Notes: generated by a model from the letters alone, not told the origin. Positions 14,483 through 27,949 are shown, counted from the first letter of the stretch. The stretch is DNA of 64,000 bases from Octopus bimaculoides (GCF_001194135.2 NC_068995.1:40122221-40186220); one strand, 5' to 3'. Numbers and translations: made by a program.

Positions 14483-14622
14483 TGGCACTCCGTCTGTTAC
14501 GACGACGACGACAGTTCCAGTTGATGCTATCAACGGAACAGCCTGCTCGTAAATTTAACGCGCATGTGGCTGAGCACTCCACAGACACCGCGTACCCTTA
14601 ACGCAGTTCTCAGGGATATTCA
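14483..14622 (-). mobile_element. SINE family A 3' fragment
   Basis: Reverse complement of the family A 3' end (tggcactccgtc...gaacagcctgctcgt...gtggctgagcactccacagaca). Confidence 0.75.
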
Positions 14623-17459
14623 ACAAGACACAGAATGTGGCAAAGCTCGCCTTTTGAAATACAGAAACTACTCATTTTTGCCAAATGACCAGACTGGAGC
14701 AACGCGAAATAAAGTGGATATCGAACTCACGACCTTAAAATCGTGAGCCGAATATACTAACCACTAAAACACGCGCCTTCATTCTATACTTCTAGTTACT
14801 ATATTAAATCTGTAAACTGGTGAGCCTGATCCTAATCTTTCCCAGTGCGCTGAATTTATCAACAAACTCTAGAATTTTCCAGTAGTTGCATTGGAACGCA
14901 GTATCTTAAGCTAACAAAATACTCAAGTTTATAGTGCTACTACTGCTAACATTGTTGAATTTATTGTTAGTGCTGTTTTTTTATATATATATATACTCCA
15001 TAAGTCAGGTGCTCTGGGCTATTTGAGAATTAAGTCTCTCATGTATAGACAAATTGTATCAAAATACGAACTACAAAACTTTTGATTTACTATTGTTCTT
15101 AATACCCACGATGGCTTTGATAAAGCATATACATAATCAGAGTGTGCCAGCCACAACCATCCCATCTTATTTGTTGACAATTTATTCAGGAGTACATCGT
15201 CCACTGTGCCATTCCCTTTTTATATTAGTAAAGTGTGCTTTGAATGGAATATAGTTGCTATTTCTGGTGTTTCCTAGTTGCCTCGAACGACATCTTGAAA
15301 ATGATTGCTATGATGCCTTATTCATTCGGCCCTCCTCATTCTCTTAATATTGTAAAACAGGAACTGTTATGACCAATTTAATAGTTTTGATATAGACCGC
15401 ATGACAATTTCTGTTGCCTTCAATTGCTTTTTACCACTGGGCTACAATGGTTACTAAGTCACAGTGTGCTGACTAAGTTTCTGTAAATGTCATATGTCTA
15501 AATAACGGCAGACAGTATTATAAATAGCGAAGAAAATGTGGGGTTTATGTACAACAGATAAGATAGAGGGGAGAAGGAATTTATATTTACACGTGACACT
15601 AAAATAACAATCAAACATTTCACTCTAAAACAGGGCTGAAAAAACTGTCTCACCACTGCACTTGATGTTGTTCAGCTGTAAACTGCCGGCCGTATTTATT
15701 CAACATCATGAAGTGAGGTTTTGATTGTGCTGGAGCAGGCTGCAGCTGTAGGCACAGTGAGCGCTATCAACTTCTCATATACTACCGAAAGTAAACAAAC
15801 CAACGGTACACCCTATACATGGTCGCTTGCACGGCTAGAATTAACAGTGGAATCCCTCTCAGATTATACCATAATCTTTTTCAAAGAAAGATTCATCGCG
15901 TAAAGTAGTCCTCCTTTGAGTGTACCTTAAAAAAGACAAGATTTTGAAGGATGAGACACTTTGAGTTATCCGTTTACTCGATCAAACCTTCCCTAAGCCA
16001 CCACACTTGTTGCAGAGGGGATTTTGTAGTTAAGAAGTTAGTTTCATTACTACGGAATTTCCCGTTCAATCTCACTGCGCGACACCTTTGACATGTATAT
16101 TCCACCGTAGCCTCGGATCTACTACAGCAGTGTGCATATCAATCGGGTTGATAGAAACTGTGTGGAAGGAATCTTGTTCCTTTTTTTTTGGGTGGTTAAC
16201 TCTGTTTAATACTATCTTCTAAACTGTGGATACCTTTAACATAGTCAAATTCCGTTGCAAACAATCGAGTCAAGTGTCGGCTCTTAAAAGATTTCTTTTA
16301 ATTAATTGTGTTTAATTACATCGCCTGTAATTTTATCACAAGTTAAACGCCTGAAAAGCCAAATACTTGTCGGTAAATTCATCGTTTTGCTTTTATATCT
16401 ACAGAGTGAATGTATCCCTCTTGATTAATAAAATAACTAAACTAATTAATTAAACGACAAAAAAATCCATCCTACTAACTGGAAATATTTTAAAATCTTG
16501 AAAAGGCGCAATGAAGAATTGCAAAATGAACAAATATATAAAAAGAAAGTTAATAGAACAAAAATTTAAGACATTATGAATGCATACCAGCATTTGCGAA
16601 ATACAGGATTAGTTAAGAGTTTCTTTCTCCTCATTTGTCTTTTTTAGAATGGTTTTTCTTTCTCTAGCTTAAAATAATCCTCTAATAACACTTTTCTTGA
16701 ATTTTGTTTTAAAAATAAACTTGGAATGCTTTCAGGTAACGACGCGTATTTTGAAAATCTTTGATTATCCTTTATTTGAAGAATGGAATCTTTCCCGAAA
16801 TATTTTCATTAAACAATCTATGTAACGTACTACAATATATTTTCTCTTTGTTTTTGTTTACCAAGATCTCTTTACAAAATTTGCCTAATTTCTCACTTGA
16901 ATTGCTGAAAGGCTTTTTCAAACATTTAAATCATTTGCACACATTACAAGGTTTCAAGTAAATTATAATACACATTTAGACTTCGATTTGTTTTTCATCT
17001 ATATATTTTGAATACATTTCACATCAATAATTTTTCGTATTTGAATTTATTCTTCTTTGATAAGAAATACGACGTACTTAATCTGTCAATAAAACTTTAA
17101 ATAAATAAATAATGTTTAATGACGCATTTACTCAACGAATAAAAGTTTTCAAAATGTTAACTGGTGTAATTATTCTGACGATAAAATCTTTAAGTAATTT
17201 AGCAACCATTTTACGATTAAAAAAAGAAGCTTGCAAATTTATCGCCGACCTATTAGGCACAATATGTAAATTATCTTACGATAAAACTACAGGCTATGTA
17301 TGTTACTGCTATGAACTTTTCGGACACCGTTCGTCTAAAAATAAGTTCACAGGCGCTCTTCTCTTCTGAGTAAGTCACTTAAAAAAGGCACCGTATGTAA
17401 AACAGTATGAACATTCATAAAATTAATTGTAATAAAATTTCAGAAAGACTATTTACGTA

Positions 17460-18150
17460 CAATTGACGTCCTGTATCACTATAAACTTGGCATAGCGAAG
17501 GTTTCTGCTCGGTGGTTGCCACGTCTTCTGGGCTGATCAGGTCACGGGAAAATCTGACATTGTTTGAGGCAGATCCAACTGTTTTCTTGGACGGTTTTCT
17601 AAGCCAAGATGAATGTTGTCTTCAACTCTTTGAGCTAGAAACAAAGAGGTAATCCTTGAAGTGGAAACGCCCTCTCCTCACCTGCTCCAAAGAACTCCAA
17701 GGTCGTTTCATCTGCAGGGACGGTGATTTGTGGGGGTGCAAAAGGCATTGTGTTCATTGCCTATCTCCAAAAGGGCCACGCCATCAATGGAGAGTACTAT
17801 GCCAACTTACAGAGGCATTTACGAAAGGCTATCAAGACCAAACGCTAAGAAAAACGGACGAAAGGGATCTTGTTTCGTTAGGACAATGCTTCAGCACACA
17901 AACCATTGGTTTCAATGACTGCTGTCCATAACTGTGGATTCGAACTGGTTGAACATCGACCCTATTCTCCTGATTCGGCTGCATCTGACTATCATCTATT
18001 CCCCGATATGAAAAGACACTTGGCTGGGAATAAGTGTCGCTGTGAGAATGAAGTCATATTTGCTGTTGACTTTTTTGGCCAACAGGGTGAAAGCTTCCTC
18101 ACCAACGGAATCCAAGCACTTCAACATCAATGGAAGAAGTGTATAGACAG
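17460..18150 (+). mobile_element. Decayed mariner transposase, C-terminal DDD region
   Basis: KVSARWLPRLL (WVPR motif), DNA, HRPYSPDSAASDYHLFP (YSPDL motif) and GIQALQHQWKKC; frameshifts. Confidence 0.8.
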
Positions 18151-18220
18151 ACAGGCAGACTGACAGACAGACAGACAGACAGACAGGAGGTGCACGGCTT
18201 AGTGATTGCATAAATTCTGT

Positions 18221-18602
18221 GTTGGCACTCCGTCGCTTACGACGTGGAGGGTTCCAGCTGATCCGATCAACGGAACAGCCTGCTCGTGAAATTAACGTGC
18301 AAGTGGCTGAGCACTCCACAGACACGTGTACCCTTAATGTAGTTCTCGGGGATATTCAGCATGACACAGTGTGACAAGGCTGACCCTTTGAAATACAGGT
18401 ACAACAGAAACAGGAAGTAAGAGTGAGAGAAAGTTGTATTGAAAGAGTACAGCAGGGTGCACCACCATCCCCTGCCGGAGCCTCGTGGTGCTTTTAGGTG
18501 ATTTCGCTCATTAAACACTCACAACGCCCGGTCTGGGAATCGAAACCGCGATCCTATGACCGCGAGTCCGCTGCCCTAACCACTGGGCCATTACGCCTCC
18601 AC
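18221..18602 (-). mobile_element. SINE family A, full length, about 240 bp upstream of the amine oxidase exon
   Basis: Full consensus in reverse. TSD gattgcataaatt at 18204-18216 and 18603-18615. Confidence 0.9.
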
Positions 18603-18838
18603 GATTGCATAAATTACAAAGAGAATAAAATACAATATTTAATGTGAAAGACGCAGCCAAATGACAGAAAGTGATTAAATGCTAAATAGTATTTAGTTTC
18701 TTTTATTTCGGAGTTCAAATCTTGTCCAAGTTGACTTTAAATCGGTTATCCCCTATATTCTATAAATTTGTGATATACTACCAACTCAATTCCACACTAT
18801 ATTCTTGAATAACGTAATTTTTTTTTGTTGTTTTTCAG

Positions 18839-20902
18839 ATGACGGAAAAAGAATGCAATTGGAAACTATGCGGTTCTGTGTTCTTTATTTTCACACTTGG
18901 TCTAATTGTAGGCTTTGTGACTTTTTCAATTCTGTCAGTGATCGAGTTAAAGCGATTACGTGCTGAAGTGTGTAACGAAGGTCTTGCCAGTTATATAATC
19001 GCTAATCCAGAGAAACCTGTAATATTTGCGGATTTATCACCCAAAGAAATACGTTCAGTATTCGATTACATTAAAAACCAGTCTGATTTAAATATCGTAC
19101 ATCCAGAAAAAGTTAACAGTATTAATGTTAGTTACGTGAATAATATTGAATTAATGTTACCCAAGAAATCTGAAGTTGTTGCTTATTTAGAAGGTAGGGC
19201 TGAACAGCCGCAAAGAAACGCTAAAGTTGTTATCTTTCGTGGAGACAAAAGAAAGCCTGTTGTTGAGGAGTATAATGTCGGCCCACTACCTGAGCCGACA
19301 CAGCATACCTTACAAACAACAATCCCATTTTCTTTTAGACCTGCTAGCGAGACAGAGTGGTTCATTGAAAACGACCGATTTATTCAAAAATTAGAACGAG
19401 ATTTGGGTAGAATAATGAGAGAAAGTTACGGTTCTTCCTTGTTAAACTGTGGAGACCGATGCTTGACATTCTATTTGGCAACACCTGTTTCTTCCGCCAT
19501 TACTAGAACCGAAGAAAGACTGAAGTGGATCATGCTTTCCTATCAGATGGAATATTCTTCTCTGTATCCTTTGGACATGAATATTTTATTGGATTTAACA
19601 GGGAACGATCCGATGGATTTCTCGATAAGGGCAATTTGGTACGAAGGACAACTGTTCAAAACTATCACTGAATTTGTTGACCGTTATCAAAACGATCCAT
19701 CTGTTAAAAAAGTGCGGAGGAAATTTCCGGTTAAGAATGGAAACTTATTTTCTACAGCAAATTTACGAGGCGAAACCTTTCCAACTACAGGTCAACGCCG
19801 TGTTTACCAAACAGAGCCAGACGGTAAAAGGTACCGGGTTGTTGGATCAGAAATTGAATATATGAAATGGAAATTTATCTATAGACTATCCCCAGTTACC
19901 GGGCCTCAATTATTTAATATACGCTATCAGGAAGAACGAATTATCTATGAACTTAGTCTCCAAGAAGTAGCTGTCCATTATTCAGGACAAAATCCAGGAA
20001 CAATGCTTGCTAATTATTATGATAGCTTTGCTATGTACGGCAAAGCAAATAACGGTCTGATACCAGGTGCCGATTGCCCAGAACATTCTTTGATGATCCC
20101 AACTTACTATTTTTCTCAACGAAGTAAAGACATAGTTGAAAAGAACCAATTTTCAATCTGTGTTTTCGAACAAAACACTGGGATTCCTCTGCGACGTCAC
20201 CATTCTTCAACAAAACAATCAGGAAGATTCTATACAGGAATGATGGATGATGTTTTGGTCTTTCGAACAATCACAACTGTGATCAACCGCGATTATATTT
20301 TTGACTTTGTTTTCCACCAGAACGGAGCAGTGGAAGTTCGCAGCATTCCCACAGGTTATATAATGGGGACCTACCCTAAAAACGATGAAAAACGTTACGG
20401 TAGTCACCTCCATAAACACTTACACGGAAATATTCACCAGTATTTATTCAATTACCGAATTGATATAGACATCAAAGGGATCAAAAATCGATTTGAAATG
20501 TTAAATATTGAAGGTGATAAAACTGAGAACCGAAAATGGGGAGGTGAAAAATATTATTATCAAAATAAATTTAGGAGAAAACTTGTTTCTACAGAAAAGG
20601 AGGCTGCGTACAAATTTGACTTTTCTAAACCGAAATATTTAGTCTTTAGCAACGACAAATTTAGAACCGAACAAGGTATTCCTAGATCATATAGAATCCA
20701 AATTAATTCAATGAGCAAAGAATTATTACCCCTTGATCGCAGCACGGAACGAAGTCGATCCTGGAGTCGATACCAATTAGCAGTAACTGTCCATAAAGAC
20801 AATGAGACTCGAAGCAGTTCTGAATATGTAACGTATGATGGCCTGAACCCACTTGTTGACTTTCAGAAATATATGGATGATGACGAGAGCATTGTTGATC
20901 AG
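18839..20902 (+). CDS. Copper amine oxidase (AOC1/AOC3 family) homologue, large coding exon, aa 1-688; type II membrane anchor; cofactor site degenerate
   Basis: Open frame of 688 codons. Acceptor tttttcag ends at 18838 directly before ATG; donor GATCAG|gtaaga at 20903, phase 0. N-terminal hydrophobic segment LCGSVFFIFTLGLIVGFVTFSILSV. Family motifs LSLQEVAVHYSG, YYDS, GADCP, GIPLRRHH, FDFVFHQNGAVEVR, GNIHQ.LFNYRIDIDI, RYQLAVT and ESIVDQ. Confidence 0.93.
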
Positions 20903-21293
20903 GTAAGAATCTTCTTTCGATAGTAGGTAACTTACAAGATAAGCCGAGGTCTAATCAAACCCAAATATATCCACATTTGTTGCTGTTTTACTGAACATTA
21001 CACTGATTACATACAGCATTCTTTATTAAATAAATTTTGATTAATTAAAATTTCAAGGTGGCGAGCTGGTAAAATGCTTGGAGGTATTTCCCTCCCACAA
21101 ATTTGAGGCCTTGTGATTCCAGTAGAAAGGATTATTATTATCATTATTATTATTACTATTATTCAGTAGTTTTATTCTTATAACGTGCTTTCACTTCACT
21201 ACCGAGCGCAGCTCTGTGTGCCTTGGGTATGGAGCCAGTGCATGCCATCAAAGTGACACTGGGTTAAAATATACAAAGCCCAGTATACCCATT

Positions 21294-21462
21294 GTGGAGG
21301 AGCGTGGCTTAGTGGTTAGGGTGTCAGCATCATGATCGTAAGATTGTGGTTTCGATTCCTGGACCGGGCGGCGCGTTGTGTTCTTGAGCAAAACACTTCA
21401 TTTCACGTTGCTCCAGTCCACTCAGGAAACCGGGCCCATGAGCCTGGCTTGGCTTTAAAAGG
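21294..21462 (+). mobile_element. tRNA-derived SINE family E nested in repeat D
   Basis: tgtggaggagcgtggcttagtggttagggtg...ggtttcgattcctggaccgggcg...tgttcttgagcaaaacacttcatttcacg, shared with 34830-35070. Confidence 0.8.
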
Positions 21463-22112
21463 GCACATAAAAAAATAAAGTATACCAACCATGAGTACCC
21501 GTGTGATAAGGGTACACCAGGCACATGCATCACAACCATATGTGCACGACATGGTGTTTTCATATGAAAATAAACATCGCATGAGCTTCCAGGTGGGGCC
21601 CAGTTTCTTCAGGTTGAGTAGCCCATCCTGCTGAAAAGGTCCCTGAATAAGGTTTGTTTAAGTATGTTACCAGAGGTAAATTATCCAAACTCCAAATAAT
21701 TCCTCTCAACACATGGCTATGATGCTGTGCCACTACTTCTGCTCATGATCAGAGATGCAGATATCCTCAGCCTCAAAGTGACATGCTCAAATGGTTATGG
21801 TGAAACAACTGACAAGCAAATCTGTGGTATTGAGCGGAATATTTGTTGTAGCCCATCTTTTATGTATGATTATTATTATTATTGAGTGAGAGAGCAGTGC
21901 ATGCCATCAAAGTGACACTGGGGTAAAATATACGAAGCCCATTATACCCATCATGACTACCCGTCTGATAAGGGTACACCAGGCACATGCATCACAACCA
22001 TATGTACGCGACATGATGATCTCATATCAAGATAAACAGCGCATGATCTCGCAGGTGAGGCCCAGTTAGAATTTTCTCCAGGTCGAGTAGTCCATCCCGC
22101 TCAAAAGGTCCC

Positions 22113-22183
<71 letters not shown>

Positions 22184-22185
22184 TT

Positions 22186-22636
22186 CAAGGCCGCGAGCTA
22201 GCAGAATCGTCAGCNNNNNNNNNNNNNNNNNNNNNNNNNNNNNNNNNNNNNNNNNNNNNNNNNNNNNNNNNNNNNNNNNNNNNNNNNNNNNNNNGCCTTC
22301 CAGCCTTCCGAGGTCGATTAAATAAGTACCAGTTATGCACTGGGGTCGATGTAATCGACTTACTCCCCTCTCCCAAGCTGCCCTAGTGACAACAATTTGA
22401 AATAATAATAATTATTATTACTATCAAGGCGACGAGCTGAAGAATCGTTAGCGCGCTGGACGAAACGCTTAGTGGTATTTCGCCTGTCGCTACGTTTTGA
22501 GTTCGAATTGCGCTGAAGTTGACTTGCCCTTTCATCCTCTCAGCGTCGACAAAATAAGTACCAGTTGAACACTGGGGTCGATGTAATCGACGCATCCCCT
22601 CCCCCAAAATTACTGTCCTTGTGGCAAAATTTGAAA
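22186..22636 (+). mobile_element. Two adjacent SINE family C copies separated by (TAT)n
   Basis: aaggc(c/g)gcgagct.gcagaatcgt.agc heads at about 22186 and 22427, each with the gtcgatgtaatcgac core. Confidence 0.75.
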
Positions 22637-23349
22637 CCATTATTATTATTATTGAGTGAGAGAGCAGTACATGCCTACAAAGTGAGACTGGGGTACAAAT
22701 ATACGAAGACCAATATACCCATCCGGATTAGTCCGCTGATAAAGGTACACCAGACACGTGCATCACAGCCATATATGCACGACATGGTGATTTCATATCA
22801 AGAAAAACTTGCAGATGGGGCCCAGCTAGAATTTTCTTCAGAAAGGTCCCTTAATAAGATTTGTTTAAGGACGTTGAACGAAACGCCCATGTTTCCAGAC
22901 GTGAGTTATTCAAACTCCAAAGAATTCCTCTCAACACATGGCTATGATGCTCCCCCACTACTTCTGCTCATGATCAGAGATGCACATATTGTCAATCACC
23001 CAGGGACAGACTCAACTGGTTAAGGTCAAACAACTGACAAGCAAATCTGTGGTATTGAGCAGAATATTTGTTGAAGCCCTTCTTTTACATCAACACAAAC
23101 ATGTACATGATAACACATCCAATCAGCTAATGTCTGAAGCCATGAGAACCAGTGCTTGGTACTGCATCCATCAGATGGTCAGAATCTTTCGGCTTCGCAT
23201 CACACAAAAATCTATAAACTTTCTTTCCCTTCCTTCTCCCATAGTCCTTCCATTCATCGCACCTTCTTTTATGGTTCTGCTGATCTAAAGATCTGTGGAA
23301 TAATACCAAACTAAGATCAACAACAAGTAGTCCTTGGTAAATCACGCGG

Positions 23350-23453
23350 TCGTAAACATACCAACACCGGTCGTCAAGTGGTGTGGGGAAACAAACACAG
23401 AGACACGCATAGATATATACATATACTACGTACATACATACGTATATATATAC

Positions 23454-23519
<66 letters not shown>

Positions 23520-23670
23520 GACGGTCTTCTTTCAGTTTTCGTCTACCAAATCCACTCTCAAAGCTTTCGCCTGCTCGAGGCTATAGTAGAAAAGACACTT
23601 CTCCAAGGTGTCCCGCAGTGCGATTGAAACTGGAACCATGTGATCGAGAAGCAAACCATGCCTGCGCCTA
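23350..23670 (-). mobile_element. SINE family B with internal (TA)n
   Basis: Core gtctaccaaatccactc and internal microsatellite. Confidence 0.75.
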
Positions 23671-24272
23671 CATCTAATTAATTTTTAATCAATTAAAATT
23701 TCGGGTACTTCTCCCCCTCCTCCCCCATTAGAATTAGTAATTTAGATAAAGATTATTCTCGTCGCAAACAAGGTTATTTTCTTTAATTAAGGCTAACTTC
23801 AATAAATATCCTATTGTCTACTTTACTATTAAGTTTTCATGCAGCAAGTGATTTTCTTTCAGCCATTCTTTTAAGTTATTCGACCACTCGGTTTTAAATC
23901 ATTAATAATCTATATATTCCCTAAACATTGTCAAATCTGAAGTAACGAATAAGATATGATTTGCTGAGAACGCCTAATAAGACCGAAACGTGTACGAAAT
24001 TGCCATTCCTCTGCTTGAGATCAAACTCACTGACTGCCGCATTCTATAGTCTATTAATTTTAATTAATTAAAATTTCTTAGCTAACTCCATTAGTAATTG
24101 TTAGGGCCTACTTTAATATCCATCTGTCTCACTGGTTGCTTGTATGTCAGTCTTTCTGTCTGTTAGAGTGGTTGTCTACTTGGCTGTCTACGTTCTTGTC
24201 TGTCTATTTCTTCGTCCAGTCGTCTATCTAACTTTCTGACTAACTCTCCGTTTGCTTGTCTATCTATCTACC

Positions 24273-24565
24273 CGTGGTTAGAGCGTCGGGCTCACAATCA
24301 CGAGGTAGCGAGTTCGATTCCTGGACCGAGCTGTGGGTTGTGTTCGTTAGCAAGTTCACTCGGCTGTAGAAATGAGATGCGAAGTCACCAGTGCCAAGCT
24401 GCGCCAACCTTTGCCTTTCTCTTGGATAACATCGGTGGCATGCAGAGGGGAGACTGATATGAATGGGAAACTGCTAGTCTTCCATAAAACAACCTTGCCA
24501 GGACTTGTGCCTCGGAGGGTAACTTTCTAAGTGCAATACCATGGTCATTCATTACCGAAGGGGGT
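24273..24565 (+). mobile_element. tRNA-headed SINE related to family E
   Basis: gtggttagagcgtcgggctcacaatcacgaggtagcgagttcgattcctggaccg head. Confidence 0.6.
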
Positions 24566-24689
24566 TCTTTACCCTTTTTATCTACCCGTTTGACAACCTT
24601 TCCCTGCATCTCCGTTTGTTCATTTCCTTGGACTCCTTTCTTGATTTATTCTTTACAGCAGAACTCTCCCTCTCATTGTCTCTCCACCT

Positions 24690-24884
24690 CCTCTCTTTCT
24701 CTTTCTTCTGTACTTCTCTCTTCTCTCTTAAGTTACAGCAGATCTTTCACTTTCTTTCTGTCTGTCTGTCTGGTTGTTTGTCTCTCCTTCTGTCTCTCTG
24801 TCTCTCTCTCACTCTCTCGCTCCATCCCCTTTTCCTCCTCTGGCTTGCACACGCACGCACGCACGCACCCTTTCTCTTTTTCCA

Positions 24885-24920
<36 letters not shown>

Positions 24921-25206
24921 TTTTTCTCTTTCTCTCACTCTTGCACTCTGCTTTCGTATCTGTCTGTATATCTCTCTCTCTTTCTCTTTCTCAAACACAC
25001 ACACACTCACACACACACGCACACACACACTCTCACACACACATACACACACGCACATACACTCTGTCTCTCCCATAAATTCTTACGACAGATCTTTCTC
25101 ACACACACACTCTCTCTCTCTCTCTCTCTCTCTCATTCTCACTCTATCTCTCTCATTCTCTCCACTCTCAATTCTTCCTTCCTTGGCTAATACATACACA
25201 CACACA

Positions 25207-25249
<43 letters not shown>

Positions 25250-25250
25250 C
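24690..25250. repeat. Compound (CT)n/(CA)n low-complexity tract
   Basis: Direct observation. Confidence 0.9.
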
Positions 25251-25837
25251 TCTTATATTCCTCAACAAAACGTTTGTGTTTAACTTCCGTTTTATATATC
25301 TGATAACTGTCGTCTGAAACCTATCAATACCATCTGCATGCAATATCCTGCAAAGATTATTTTCATTTTCCTTATCTTTAGTTCTGATGAAGCGGTTAGG
25401 GCGGTAGAAACCAGACTGTCGTTGTTTTTGTAATAACTTGTTGTTGTTGTTGCTGCTGCTGCTGCCGCACTGTTTGTCTTGCTCTTGTTGATGTTACAAT
25501 TGTTATTGCCGTTGTTTTGTCCCAGGATCCTGTCACTTCCCGGAAGTTTTGTAAATCTAGAACTAATATTGTACAATGTCTTTACTTTTTATTTTGTGCA
25601 TCATTTTTTTAATCTACATTTTTTTTTTTTTTTGAATTCCAAGAAATTTGAAATCTTGCAAATAATTTATGGAATCAAACGTTTTTAGGATGCCATTTTA
25701 ATGGTCACTTGAAACAGATGTGAAAAAAAAAACAAACGGGTGCTACGTTGCAGCAATGTTAGATTACACAACATTTCCTGTGTTAAGACAGGAATAGCAA
25801 CAATGATAACATTGTATCATAGCAGACGAGACAGAAA

Positions 25838-26212
25838 TACTCTTTTACTCTTTTACTTGTTTCAGTCAATTGACTGCGGCCATGTTGGAGCACCGCCTTT
25901 TAGTCGAGCAAATCGACCCCAGGACTTATTCTTTGGAAGCCTAGTACTTATTCTTTCGGTCTCTTTTGCCGAACGGTTAAGTTACGGTTGTCAAGCGATG
26001 CTGGGGGGACAAACACAGACACACATATATATATATATACATATATACATATATACGACGGGCTTCTTTCAGTTTCCGTCTACCAAATCCACTCACAAGG
26101 CTTTGGTCGGTCCGAGGCTATAGTAGAAGACACTTGCCCAAGGTGCCACGCAGTGGGAATGAACCCGGAACCATGTGGTTGGTAAGCAAGCTACTTACCA
26201 CATAGCCACTCC
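25838..26212 (-). mobile_element. SINE family B, full length
   Basis: Head, core, internal TA/CA microsatellite and tail ending (gtaaaaga)n, all in reverse. Confidence 0.85.
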
Positions 26213-26256
26213 TGGTTATCTTTATGACAAAAATATGCCAATATTCAACGTCGATA

Positions 26257-26472
26257 AGGCAGCGAGCTAGCAGACTCCTTAGCACGCTGGGCAAAATGCT
26301 TAGCGACATTTCATTCGTCCTTACGTTCTGAGTTCAAATGCTGCTGAAGTCAGTTTTGCCTTTCAACTTTCTGGAGTCGATGAAATAAGTACTAAATGAA
26401 CACTGGAATCGATATAATCGACTTACCCGCTCCCCCGAAATTGCTGGCATTGTGTCAAAAATTTGAAATCAA
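26257..26472 (+). mobile_element. SINE family C
   Basis: aaggcagcgagctagcaga...ttacgttctgagttcaaat...ttttgcctttca...ggcattgtgtcaaaaatttgaaa. Confidence 0.75.
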
Positions 26473-27069
26473 TATTCAACATTAATCACATTTTAATTAT
26501 GCCAAAGTACAAGGCTACTCTGGCTTTCTTACCTAATCTTTACGTAGCTTTATAATAATTTCCAAAATTGATTTTTAATGTGTTCAATATTATAGAATAG
26601 TGAGAAAATCAAAGAAACTCATACGCTATTTTTGAAAATTATTCCTTTCTTCCATTTATTATGATAATTTTCTGTTTGTTTTGTTTTTAAGAGTACATTT
26701 CATGTTCTGCAATTTTTTTTCAAGGTACGACTACATTTTTGCCTATATGCTTTCCTTGGCGTGGCACCTCTGTTTGTCAGAATTTGTGTCTGGAAAACTT
26801 TTTACTAGAGATCGCACAGTGACTGGCCAGTCACGTGTGTAACACTTCGGATGACTGCCCTATTAGCTAGAACTAGTGTCTCTGCAAGCAGTGGATTTCC
26901 GGAGGCACACCCTCAGCCACACTCAGTTGTCCTACTTAAAGACACCAAATTATTGGTTTTTGACAAATCGTAGACACTTCTTCCCCTTCCTTTGCAAACA
27001 TTAGTGTGAATAGTCCATAAAATCTCAATTAAAATATGAATTACGTTCAATCTCCTATACAGTCATTCG

Positions 27070-27101
<32 letters not shown>

Positions 27102-27458
27102 TGTATGTATGTATGTATGTATGTATGTATGTATGTTGCACTGTTCCAAAGGTCCCAGTTGTCCCATCTAGAGTGAGGCCATGTCAACAGCTTGTGATTC
27201 AAAGGCCCACAGCTATTTAACGCCTTTCCAAAACATCTGGGGGATCTTCATGGAGTGGGGTTAGATGTTTTCAAGAAACAACTTGATCTCCTGTTGTCCA
27301 AGGCCCCACATGAACCAATATCAAAACTGGAGACGCAAAAGAGGGCAGCACTGTCGACAACCCTTCTTCACCAAAAGCTAATCACTTAAGATTAGCCATT
27401 AAAAAATTGATTACACTTGCGGTGCCTCAGCATGCCCACAGCCTTAGGGCTGAAACGC

Positions 27459-27852
27459 TGTTGTTGTTGTTGTTGGTACTCCGTCGCTTACGACGTCGAT
27501 GGTTCCAGTTGATCCGATCAACGGAACAGCCTGCTCGTGAAATTAACGTGCAAGTGGCTGAGCACTCCACAGACACGTGTACTCTTAACGTAGTTCTCGG
27601 GGATATCCAGCGTGACACAGTGTGACAAGGCTGGCCCTTTGAATTACAGGTACAACAGAAACAGGAAGAAAGAGTGAGAGAAAGTAGCGGTGAAAGAGTA
27701 CAGCAGGGTTCACCACCATCCCCTGCCGGAGCCTCGTAGAGCTTTAGGTGTTTTCGCTCAATAAACACTCACAACGCCCGGTCTGGGAATCGAAACCGCG
27801 ATCCTATGACCGCGAGTCCGCTGCCCTAACCACTGGGCCATTGTGCCTCCAC
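27459..27852 (-). mobile_element. SINE family A, full length, in the amine oxidase intron
   Basis: Full consensus in reverse with (caa)n tail. TSD gggctgaaacg at 27447-27457 and 27854-27864. Confidence 0.9.
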
Positions 27853-27949
27853 TGGGCTGAAACGTATAAAAGAATAAATGAATAAAAGCGCGCGCGTGTG
27901 TGCACGTCCGTGGACTTCTGGCCAACCTGACTGATGCTCATCGCTTCTT

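Larger units (their letters stand above)
21235..23090 (-). mobile_element. Three copies of an about 480-bp interspersed repeat D ending in (TAA)n, probably a non-LTR 3' end or SINE
   Basis: Shared block gagtgagagagcagtgcatgccatcaaagtgacactggg...ctgacaagcaaatctgtggtattgagc at about 21235-21863, 21868-22110 and 22638-23090; (att)n at the left ends. Confidence 0.7.

Noticed and set aside
16200-17400. AT-rich, coding-like stretch
   Set aside because: Multiple stops in all frames and no recognisable motif; probably an old transposon remnant.
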